A DNA stretch of 64,000 nt, from contig CAWFFN010000009.1 in assembly GCA_963815115.1 (NCBI GenBank), positions 128,001 through 192,000 on the forward strand. The letters are read 5' to 3'. Below, piece after piece: positions 56,182 to 64,000 of this stretch (the stretch's first letter is position 1; every line of letters begins with the position of its first letter). The stretch is from an uncultured delta proteobacterium. GTDB taxonomy: Bacteria; Desulfobacterota; Binatia; DP-6. A program made the position numbers and the translations under genes. The notes beneath the pieces were generated by a model that saw nothing but the letters and a program-made list of their open reading frames with translations, ran no database searches and was not told where the DNA came from.

Positions 56182-57240
56182 ATGATCCTGCTCAATCCGG
56201 GTCCCGTGAACGTCTCGCCGCGCGTCACCGCCGCGCTCGGTCGCGGCGATCTGTGCCACCGCGAGCCGGAGTGCGCCGCGCTCCTGGAGCGCATCCGCGG
56301 CCGGCTCCTCGAAGCGTTTGCGCCGCGCGCCGGCTTCACGGCCGTGCTGATCACCGGCTCGGGAACTGCCGCCGTCGAGGCCGCGGTGACCAGCGTGTGC
56401 TCGGAGCGGGGCCGCCTGGCGGTCGTGTGCAACGGCATCTACGGCGAGCGCATCGTGGCCATGGCGGCGGCGGCGCGCATTCCGGTGACGCGATTGGAGG
56501 GTGCCTGGACCGCTCCGCCGGATCTGGCCGCGGTCGAGGCGGCGCTCCGCGCGCCGGACGTCGAGGCGGTCGCGGTCGTGCACCACGAGACCACGACCGG
56601 TCTGATCAACCCGGTCGCGGAGATCGCGCGGCGGGCGCGTGCGCTCGGCAAGCTCGTGCTGGTCGACGCGGTCAGCGGACTCGGCGGCGAGCCGCTCGAC
56701 GTCGCCGGGATCGACCTGGTCGTGGGCACCGGCGGCAAGTGCATCCAGGCGTTTCCCGGCATGGGATTCGTGCTGGTGCGGCGGGACGTGCTGGACCGGC
56801 TCGCCGCCTACCCACGCCGTTCGGTCTACCTGTCGCTGGCCACCTACACCGCGAGCGCCATGCCGTTCACTCCGGCGGTGCAGGTCGCGTACGCGCTCGA
56901 CGAGGCGCTCGCCGAGCTGCTCGAGGAGACCGTCGCGGGCCGCATCGCGCGCTACGCCGGCGCGGCGGCGCTCCTGCGCGACGGGTTCGGGCGCCTCGGG
57001 CTCGAGCTCGTCCTCCCGCCCGATCTGCGCTCCAACACCATCACGTCGCTCCGCTTTCCGCCGGGTCGGAGCTACCCCGAGCTGCACGACGCGCTCAAGG
57101 CGCGCGGGTACGTGATCTACGAGGGACAGGGATGGTTCGCGAAGGAGGCGTTCCGGGTGGCGAACATGGGGGTGCTCGGGCGCGCGGACCTCGAGGGCTT
57201 CCTGGTCGCGCTCGGCGACGCGCTCGGAGCCGCCCGATGA
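56182..57240 (+). CDS. 2-aminoethylphosphonate aminotransferase (class V, AepZ/PhnW-like)
   Basis: LLNPGP, GSGTAAVEA, NGIYGERI, HHETTTG, DAVS, KCIQ and PFTPAV. Confidence 0.85.
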   Translation: MILLNPGPVNVSPRVTAALGRGDLCHREPECAALLERIRGRLLEAFAPRAGFTAVLITGSGTAAVEAAVTSVCSERGRLAVVCNGIYGERIVAMAAAARIPVTRLEGAWTAPPDLAAVEAALRAPDVEAVAVVHHETTTGLINPVAEIARRARALGKLVLVDAVSGLGGEPLDVAGIDLVVGTGGKCIQAFPGMGFVLVRRDVLDRLAAYPRRSVYLSLATYTASAMPFTPAVQVAYALDEALAELLEETVAGRIARYAGAAALLRDGFGRLGLELVLPPDLRSNTITSLRFPPGRSYPELHDALKARGYVIYEGQGWFAKEAFRVANMGVLGRADLEGFLVALGDALGAAR

Positions 57241-57971
57241 CCGCGATCGTCCTCGCCGCCGGGGTCGGAAAGCGCCTGCTGAACGCCTCCGGTGGCCGCC
57301 CCAAGTGCCTCATCGAGATCGGCGGCAAGAGCCTGCTGCGCCGGCTGCTGGAGAGCCTCGCGGCCGCCGGGGTGCGCGAGGCGGTGGTGGTGGCGGGCTT
57401 CGGGGACGCGGAGGTGCGCGCCGCGCTCGCCCCTCCGGTCGACGGCATCGCCGTCCGCTGCCTCACCAACCCGCGTTTCCGGGAAGGCGCGATCCTCTCC
57501 CTGTGGACGGCGCGCGACGCCCTCGACGGCGGCGTGCTGATCATGGACGCCGACGTGCTCTGCCCGAGCGCGATGCTGGCGCGGCTCGTGACGTCGCAGC
57601 ACGCGAACTGCTTCCTGCTCGATGCGAGCCAGGAGAACACCGGCGAGGAGCAGATGCTGCTGGTGCAGGACGGCCGCGTCCGCAACATCGTACGCGGCGG
57701 CGCCCCGGGGTACGACCTGATGGGCGAATCGATCGGCTTCCTGAAGCTCGGCGCGGACGCCGCCCGATGTCTGCGCGAGCTGCTGGCCGCTCGGGTGGAG
57801 ACCGGGGACACGAGCATCGAGCACGAGGAGGTGTATCCGGCGCTCCTGGAACGCGTCGACGTCGGATTCGAGCGGGTGGACGGCATGCCGTGGATCGAGA
57901 TCGACTTCCCGGAGGACGTGGCGAGAGCGGAGCGGGAGGTCCTCCCCCGGATCGAGGGACACGCGCGGTGA
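57237..57971 (+). CDS. Phosphonate/phosphocholine cytidylyltransferase (PntC/LicC-like)
   Basis: IVLAAGVGKRL, PKCL, MDADV, GESIG and WIEIDFPED. Confidence 0.85.
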   Translation: MTAIVLAAGVGKRLLNASGGRPKCLIEIGGKSLLRRLLESLAAAGVREAVVVAGFGDAEVRAALAPPVDGIAVRCLTNPRFREGAILSLWTARDALDGGVLIMDADVLCPSAMLARLVTSQHANCFLLDASQENTGEEQMLLVQDGRVRNIVRGGAPGYDLMGESIGFLKLGADAARCLRELLAARVETGDTSIEHEEVYPALLERVDVGFERVDGMPWIEIDFPEDVARAEREVLPRIEGHAR

Positions 57972-58672
57972 CGGAAGGCGGGGGCGCTGCCGTCCCCGTC
58001 GGCAATCCGCGCGACGGCTACTTCGACCGGCTGGTGTCCCGCCGGCTGTCGCCCGCCGTGACGCGCCTGCTGCTCCCGACCGCCCTCACCCCGAACGCGG
58101 TCACCATCGCGAGCACTGCCATCGGGGTCGTGGGCGGTCTGCTGGTGGGCAGCGAGGGGAGCGCCGGCATCGTCGCGGGGATCCTGTGCCTCCTCGTCTC
58201 GGGGGTCCTCGACTGCTGCGACGGCGAGCTGGCGCGGCTCCGCGGGACCAGCTCCCGTATGGGGCACGCACTCGACGTCCTCGGGGACACGCTGGTGGCC
58301 GTCGCGTTGCTCGCGGGCATCGCGCTGCATCTGGCGCGTGCCGGCAGCTTCCCCGGCTGGCCGGCGCTCGTCGCGCTCCTCCTCGGCGTCGCCGGCGCCT
58401 TCGCCGTCATCACGTGGAGCGAGGCAAGGGCAGCGCGCCGGCGCCAGGTCGCGTGCTGGGAGAACGGCGTCCTCGACGGCGTCCTCGGTCCGCTGACGAC
58501 GCGCGACTGGTACGTGTTTCCCGTCGCCTTCGCGCTGGCGGGCCGGCTCGGCTGGCTGGTCCCGGCGGCTGCGGTGGGCGCCCACGTCTTCTGGCTGGTG
58601 ACGCTGGTGCTCCTGCTGCGCGTGCTCCGAGCCGCTCAGCTCCACGGAAGCGCGGCTCGCGTCCGCCAGTAG
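57968..58672 (+). CDS. CDP-alcohol phosphatidyltransferase family protein
   Basis: TPNAVT and DCCDGELAR...G..LDVLGD signature. Confidence 0.88.
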   Translation: MTEGGGAAVPVGNPRDGYFDRLVSRRLSPAVTRLLLPTALTPNAVTIASTAIGVVGGLLVGSEGSAGIVAGILCLLVSGVLDCCDGELARLRGTSSRMGHALDVLGDTLVAVALLAGIALHLARAGSFPGWPALVALLLGVAGAFAVITWSEARAARRRQVACWENGVLDGVLGPLTTRDWYVFPVAFALAGRLGWLVPAAAVGAHVFWLVTLVLLLRVLRAAQLHGSAARVRQ

Positions 58673-59631
58673 CGCTCCGGCGGCTCGGCGAGCGCGGCGA
58701 GCGCATGGCGCGCGTCGCCGAGGGGCGGTGCGGAGACCGCCGCGACGTGCGACACGAGCTGTCCGGTCGTCGCCGCTCCCGAGAGCACCATGTCGACGAA
58801 CGGGTGCGCGAGCGCGAAGGCGATGGCCAGCCGGTCGACGGGCAGCCCGCCGGCTGCCGCGCGCAGGCGTGCCAGCAGCTCCACATCCTCGGGACGATCG
58901 TTCAGGTCGGTCAGCCGGCCATTCGCGTGGACCTCCTTGACGGTGACGCCCAGCCCGGCGTCATGCGCCGCGGTCAGCCCGGGTGCGAGCGACGGCTCGA
59001 GGACGTTGAAGGTCGCCTGCACCGTGTCGAAGACGCGCTCCCCGTCGACGCGAGCCTCGAGGGCAAGATCGAGCGCGCGCGCAGACGTCGGGCCGCTGAG
59101 GGTGAGGCCGATGGCGCGAAACCCGCCGCTGCGCCTCGCCTCGACCAGCGCGCGCAGCAGGATCTCGTCGGTGAGGCAGCCCGACTCCACGGTGGCGCTG
59201 TGGATCTGGTAGAGATCGAGCCAGTCGCCGAGAAGGGCGCGGCTCTCCGCGAGCTGGCTCCGGAAGCGGGGTGACGACAGCTCCTTCTCCTCGTGCACGG
59301 GCGCATCGACCGACCAGCCCGCCGTGTAGCGATACCCCCACTTGCTGCCCACGGTCAGCTCCGGTCGCGTCACCGCCCGGGCGAGGAGCCAGCGCGACAG
59401 GAACTCCTCGGCGCTTCCGTAGCTGCGCGCGGCGTCGACGTAGCGTACGCCCGCCGCGCGGGCGGCGTCGAGCAGCTCGGCGGTGCGCGCGAAGAGGACA
59501 TCCGGACCGCGCGCCGCGCCCAGGTCGCGCGCACGTCCCAGCGTGATGTAGCCGGGCCGGCCGACGGCGGCGAGCCCGAGGCCGAGCCGCGAGACCTCCA
59601 GCCCGCTGCGGCCGAGCACGCGGCGCTCCAT
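58636..59631 (-). CDS. Aldo/keto reductase
   Basis: LGRSGLEVSRLGLG, DAARSYG, SKWG and LYQIH. Confidence 0.9.
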   Translation of the reverse strand: MERRVLGRSGLEVSRLGLGLAAVGRPGYITLGRARDLGAARGPDVLFARTAELLDAARAAGVRYVDAARSYGSAEEFLSRWLLARAVTRPELTVGSKWGYRYTAGWSVDAPVHEEKELSSPRFRSQLAESRALLGDWLDLYQIHSATVESGCLTDEILLRALVEARRSGGFRAIGLTLSGPTSARALDLALEARVDGERVFDTVQATFNVLEPSLAPGLTAAHDAGLGVTVKEVHANGRLTDLNDRPEDVELLARLRAAAGGLPVDRLAIAFALAHPFVDMVLSGAATTGQLVSHVAAVSAPPLGDARHALAALAEPPERYWRTRAALPWS

Positions 59632-59652
59632 CGCCCGACGATAGGTCGCGGC

Positions 59653-60762
59653 TCAGGCGCTCTTCAATCCCTGGAGGTCCGCCGTCCGTCGCGCCAGGTA
59701 GAGCAAGCCGATGCCGTCGAAGAAGACCTCGCGCGCCCGCTTGAGGAGCCACAGCGTCAGGGCTTCTGCCTCGGGCATGCCGAGGAACGTGCACAGCCAG
59801 ACGCCGCCCAGCTCCTGGGTGCCGATGCTGCCCGGGATGACGAGCGCGGTCGCGCGGATCGGCTGGGAGAGCGTCTCGATGACGAAGGCGTCGAGCCAGG
59901 ACACGCTTCCGCCCGTCAGCACGACGATGACCACCACCTCGGCGACGCCGATCAGCCAGCCGACGAAGTGGCACGTGGCGGCGAGCAGGAAGGCGCGCGG
60001 CTCCCAGCGATAGAACTCGCGCAGCCGGACGTCGAAGGCGGCGGCCCCGGACTCCAGGCGGGCGACGAACCCCGCGCGGGGCGCGAACCGGCGGAGCGTT
60101 CGCCAGAGGGCGGTCGCCGGGCTGCGTCGCTGCACCCAGACCAGGCCTCCGGTGAAGGCAAGGCAGATCACGATCAGCGCGACGAGCCAGCCCATGGCCA
60201 TCTGCGGGCGCCCGAGACGCAGGAGGAGCGCGGCGATGCCGAGCGCCGTGAACAGACTCTGCGACGCGACCAGCGCGGTCTTCGAGATCACCACGGAGGC
60301 GAAGGCTTCGGCGCCGCTCACCTGCCAGCGGCGCAGGAGGTACGCCTTGATCGGCTCGCCGCCGACGGCGGCCGCGGGCGTGAGGCTGTTCACCGCCTCG
60401 CCGGCCATGCGGCTCAGCGTGAGCGAGGAGAACGGCACCCTCCCCCGCGCCGCCACGGACAGCGTGTAGCGCCAGCCGAACGCATCGGCCAGGGTCACCA
60501 GGGCGTAGGGAACGAGGATGAGCGGTGCGGCCCAGCCGAGCGCGCGTACCCGGTGCCAGACGGGCTCGAGCCCGGCGTGGTGCAGGAGCCAGCCAAGGAC
60601 GGCGAGCCCGGCGGCGGCGGCGAGCACGGTGGTCACGCGGCGACGAATCGGGCTGGCGGTGACGGCGTCCTGCGCGCCGGCGCGAGCCGGGGCCGGCAGG
60701 GCGCGCTTGCGCGACCGCTCAGCGCCCACGTCGGCCGCCAGGATGGTTTCGGGCGATGTCAC
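59653..60762 (-). CDS. Lysylphosphatidylglycerol synthase TM / flippase-like protein (HpnL-like)
   Basis: GEAVNSLTP...GGEPIK and IPGSIGTQE; polytopic membrane protein. Confidence 0.8.
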   Translation of the reverse strand: MTSPETILAADVGAERSRKRALPAPARAGAQDAVTASPIRRRVTTVLAAAAGLAVLGWLLHHAGLEPVWHRVRALGWAAPLILVPYALVTLADAFGWRYTLSVAARGRVPFSSLTLSRMAGEAVNSLTPAAAVGGEPIKAYLLRRWQVSGAEAFASVVISKTALVASQSLFTALGIAALLLRLGRPQMAMGWLVALIVICLAFTGGLVWVQRRSPATALWRTLRRFAPRAGFVARLESGAAAFDVRLREFYRWEPRAFLLAATCHFVGWLIGVAEVVVIVVLTGGSVSWLDAFVIETLSQPIRATALVIPGSIGTQELGGVWLCTFLGMPEAEALTLWLLKRAREVFFDGIGLLYLARRTADLQGLKSA

Positions 60763-61772
60763 GCACTGCCGCCGCCAGTTGCGCTACGGTCGGCGGCCTC
60801 GAGTGCCTCCACGACGCGCAGCGAGCGCGCGCCGCTGGTGAGAGGCTCGGCTCCGGCCCTGACGCACTCGACGAAGTGCTCCGCCGCCAGCGCCAGGGGT
60901 TCGCTCGCCGCGGGTAGCTCGAGCGCGCGGCCGGCGAATCCGGAGATGGGCACGATCGGGGCCAGCGCGCGTTCGGATGTGGGGCTCAGATCGAGCGCGA
61001 AGTCGTAGAGCGTGAGCCCCCGTTTCTCGAACCGGCCCTCGTACGCCAGCATGCGCTCGCGCCCGACGACGATCACCTTGGCCGTCTTCTCGGGATGGAG
61101 CCAGCTGAGATGGATGTGGGCCGAAACACCCCCGGCGAGCTCGACGTCGCACAGCGCCACGTCGGCGATCCCCGGCTGAAGGTGCGCATGACGGTGCAGG
61201 CGGATCGCCGTCACGGGGCGCGGCACGAGGTAGAAGAGGATCGAGAGGTCGTGCGGCGCGGAGTTCCACCACACGTCCGAGTCGCGGCGGATGCGACCCA
61301 TGCCGAGCCGCTCGAACGTGAGGTGGAGGACGGACCCGAGGGCGTCGGCCTCCACCAGACGCTTCATCTCGCGCACCAGCGGGTCGTAGAGAAAGGTCTC
61401 GTCCACGAACAGCACGCGATCGGTCTTGCGCGCGGCGTCGACGAGCTCGCGCCCGTGGGCGGCCGACAGGGCGAGCGGCTTCTCCACCCAGACGTGCTTG
61501 CCGGCGCGGAGCGCCGCCAGCGCCATGGCGTGATGCCGTGACGGTGGCGTGGCGATCACGATCGCGTCGATCTCGGGACGCCGGACCAGCGACGCGAAGT
61601 CGTCGCTGCACTCGAGGTGCGGATGATCGGCGCGTGCCGCGGCGAGACGTTCAGGATCGAGATCGCACAGGCTCGAAAGCCGCGCGCTGGGGAGACGGCT
61701 GAACGTCCGCAGGAGGTTCTTCCCCCAGTATCCCGCTCCGGCGATGGCGATGTTCGGAGCTCGTGCCTCCAT
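60759..61772 (-). CDS. Gfo/Idh/MocA family oxidoreductase
   Basis: GAGYWG, ATPPSRH, HVWVEKP and PHDLS. Confidence 0.9.
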   Translation of the reverse strand: MEARAPNIAIAGAGYWGKNLLRTFSRLPSARLSSLCDLDPERLAAARADHPHLECSDDFASLVRRPEIDAIVIATPPSRHHAMALAALRAGKHVWVEKPLALSAAHGRELVDAARKTDRVLFVDETFLYDPLVREMKRLVEADALGSVLHLTFERLGMGRIRRDSDVWWNSAPHDLSILFYLVPRPVTAIRLHRHAHLQPGIADVALCDVELAGGVSAHIHLSWLHPEKTAKVIVVGRERMLAYEGRFEKRGLTLYDFALDLSPTSERALAPIVPISGFAGRALELPAASEPLALAAEHFVECVRAGAEPLTSGARSLRVVEALEAADRSATGGGSA

Positions 61773-62679
61773 GAAGCATCCTCCTCACGCGGAACACGCC
61801 GTGCTCGCGGGCCTCCAGGAAGCGAACGACGTCGTGGCGGATCGCGAGCGCGATCGCACCGGCGAGCGCCAGGACGAGCCCCGCGACCAGTGACGCGCGC
61901 GCCAGCGCCACGAGGGCGAGCACCCCGAGCACGGCGGCGGCGGCCGCGCAGACGCGGGCCACGTCGCGACCGGGCGGCGGCCGGCGCACGAGCACGGGGA
62001 GCGCGACGAGGTCACGGAACACGACGGCGACGCGGGAGAGCCCGTAGTGCGAGCGTCCCGAGACCCGCGGCCGGTCGCGCGTCTCGATCTCCGCGACGCG
62101 CGTGCCTCGCACGCCGAGGATGGCCGGCAGGAACCGGTTCATGCCGCGCGGCAGCTGGACCCCGGCGACCACGGCACGGCGATAGGCCTTCAGCCCGCAG
62201 CCGCAATCGTAGACCGGCACGCCGGTGGCGAGCACGATCAGGCGATTGGCGACCCAGGAGGGCAGCACGCGGCTCAAGAAGGCCTCCTCGCGCGCCCGCC
62301 GGCGACCGCTGACCACGTCGTACCCCTCGGAGAGCTTCGCGAGCAGCTTCGGGATGTCGGCGGGATCGTTCTGACCGTCGCCGTCGAGCGTGACCACGAC
62401 GTCGCCACGCGCCGCCTCGAAGCCGGCCGACAGCGCGGACGCCTCCCCGAAGTTGCCGTCCAGATCGACCACCCGCAGGTCGGGATCGCGAGCCAGGATC
62501 GTCTCGAGTCGCGCCAGCGTTCCGTCCCGGCTGCCGTCGTTGATGAAGACGAGCTCGTAGGGCAGATCGATTCCCGCCGCCACGCGTGTCAGCTCCTGGT
62601 GGAGCTGTCCGACGTTGCCCTCCTCGTCGTACACCGGCACGACGATCGAGAGTGCCGGCCGGCGGACGGCCGCCCGCAT
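61651..62679 (-). CDS. GT2 glycosyltransferase (ArnC/polyprenol-phosphate type)
   Basis: VVPVYDE, NDGSRD, LDGDGQNDP, DCGCGLKAYR and C-terminal TM helices. Confidence 0.88.
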   Translation of the reverse strand: MRAAVRRPALSIVVPVYDEEGNVGQLHQELTRVAAGIDLPYELVFINDGSRDGTLARLETILARDPDLRVVDLDGNFGEASALSAGFEAARGDVVVTLDGDGQNDPADIPKLLAKLSEGYDVVSGRRRAREEAFLSRVLPSWVANRLIVLATGVPVYDCGCGLKAYRRAVVAGVQLPRGMNRFLPAILGVRGTRVAEIETRDRPRVSGRSHYGLSRVAVVFRDLVALPVLVRRPPPGRDVARVCAAAAAVLGVLALVALARASLVAGLVLALAGAIALAIRHDVVRFLEAREHGVFRVRRMLHGGTSSEHRHRRSGILGEEPPADVQPSPQRAAFEPVRSRS

Positions 62680-63818
62680 CAGGCGAAGAAGCGCACGACG
62701 CTCTCCGCGACGTACTCCACCTCGCCGTCGGTGAGGTCGGGGTGGACGGGCAGCGAGAGCATCTCGCGCGCAGCCAGCTCGGCACGTGGCAGATTGGGTC
62801 CTTCGCCGAACGCGTCGCGCCAGGCCGGTTGCCGGTGAATGGGGGCCGGGTAGTGGATGCCGGTCTCGATCTCCAGCGCGCCGAGGCGCTCGCGCAACGC
62901 ATCCCGTTCCGCCGTGCGGATCACGTACTGGTGGAAGACGTGCGTCCGGCGCGGATCAGCGGGCGGAGGCTCCACCAGCTCTCCGAATCGCTCCGTGTAG
63001 TAGGCCGCGATCGCGGCGCGACGCGCGTTGCGCACGTCGAGCGTGCGCAGCTTCACACGCAGCATGGCCGCGTGCAGCTCGTCGAGCCGGCTGTTGCCGC
63101 CGTAGAAGGCGTGCTCGTTCTTCTTGACCTGACCGTGGGCGCCGAGGTGCTTCACGCGAGCGGCGATCTCCTGCCGGTTGGTGCTCACGATGCCCGCGTC
63201 GCCGTAGGCGGCGAGGTTCTTCACCACGCCGAGGCTGAATGCGCCGGCGGCCCCGAAGGTACCGACGCGCTGTCCGTCGAGCGTCGCGCCGTGCGCGTGC
63301 GAGCAGTCCTCGGCGACGATCAGCCCGCGCTCGTTCGCGAGCGACAGCAGCGGCTGCATGTCGACCGGGAAGCCGTGGAGATGCACGACGAGGATGGCGC
63401 GCGTCCGCGGACCGATGCGCGATTCGAGATCGTCGAGATCGGGGCCGAGATCCTGGTGCTGGATATCCACCGGGACCGGTCGGGCGCCCAGGTCGACCAG
63501 CGCTTCCACCGCGGCCATGAACGCGTTGGCCTGGATCAGCACCTCGTCGCCGGCGCCGACGCCGGCAGCGCGCATCCCGAGACGGAGCGCGTCGGTACCT
63601 GAGGCCACGCCCGTGGCATGGGCGGCGCCGAGGAACGCGGCCATCTCGGCTTCGAACGCGCGGACCTCCTCGCCACCGAGCAGCTGCATGCGGTCGAGGA
63701 CGCGCTCGCATGCCGCCAGGAGCTCGCTGCGGATCGTGTGGTACTCGCGGCCGAGGTCGAGCAACCGAACCCGCGTCGCCGGCGCTCGTCGCGGCGCCAC
63801 CCCCACCATCCGATGCAT
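62679..63818 (-). CDS. DegT/DnrJ/EryC1/StrS sugar aminotransferase
   Basis: SGTDAL, VHLHG, EDCSHAHG, KNLAAYGDAG, NSRLDELHAA, IHYP and SLPVHP. Confidence 0.92.
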   Translation of the reverse strand: MHRMVGVAPRRAPATRVRLLDLGREYHTIRSELLAACERVLDRMQLLGGEEVRAFEAEMAAFLGAAHATGVASGTDALRLGMRAAGVGAGDEVLIQANAFMAAVEALVDLGARPVPVDIQHQDLGPDLDDLESRIGPRTRAILVVHLHGFPVDMQPLLSLANERGLIVAEDCSHAHGATLDGQRVGTFGAAGAFSLGVVKNLAAYGDAGIVSTNRQEIAARVKHLGAHGQVKKNEHAFYGGNSRLDELHAAMLRVKLRTLDVRNARRAAIAAYYTERFGELVEPPPADPRRTHVFHQYVIRTAERDALRERLGALEIETGIHYPAPIHRQPAWRDAFGEGPNLPRAELAAREMLSLPVHPDLTDGEVEYVAESVVRFFA

Positions 63819-64000
63819 CGCGAGAGCCGTCCGCGAACTTTAGCGGGCGTCACCAAGACGCGCAAGGCCGCGCGTTGACTTTTCCACGGCGATCACCAAA
63901 GGCTCGCCCTGTGCTGGAGCGGGGGCAGGCCGTGCCGCGAGCGGCGGCTCGCTGGGGACCGGCGTTGCTCGTGGCGCTTCTCTTCGGGGTGCTCGTGTCG

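Noticed and set aside
56182-57240. AEP catabolic phnW(X/Y/A) operon
   Set aside because: No phnX, phnY, phnA or transporter; neighbours are a cytidylyltransferase and a CDP-alcohol transferase, i.e. biosynthetic.
63875-64000. TTGACT promoter and a CDS starting at GTG 63911 that runs off the window
   Set aside because: Only 30 codons are visible and the -10 is weak; insufficient to call.

Overview
Very GC-rich, densely coding chromosomal window from an environmental bacterium. Gene content and style suggest a Deltaproteobacteria-like or Candidatus Binatia-like lineage, which is inference only. About 62 CDSs; no rRNA, tRNA, CRISPR array, integrase or transposase was recognised. Left part: metabolic and housekeeping genes (DUF1326, MetE-like, RND efflux pair, purU, tandem CoA-transferase, RavA/ViaA-like pair, ArsR-SRPBCC-GST, DD-carboxypeptidase-SPOR, ddl), three type II toxin-antitoxin modules and an orphan DNA methyltransferase. 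Centre: a four-gene VWA-exbB-exbD-TPR operon whose VWA protein carries a TonB/TolA-type SxxxH membrane anchor, a candidate undescribed PMF-driven envelope machine. Right ~20 kb: an envelope-lipid region with hopanoid tailoring genes hpnJ-hpnI divergent from a 2-aminoethylphosphonate/phosphonolipid-type pathway. That pathway comprises a PEP-mutase-like enzyme with a non-canonical EDNEFPKRCS loop fused to an NTP-transferase, a split decarboxylase, an AEP transaminase, a cytidylyltransferase and a CDP-alcohol phosphotransferase. It converges on an amino-sugar/HpnL-like operon. Many short indels cluster at ~13.3, 21.8-26.3 and 39.8-42.7 kb and are most likely sequencing or assembly errors. All calls come from motif recognition by eye; no database searches were run.
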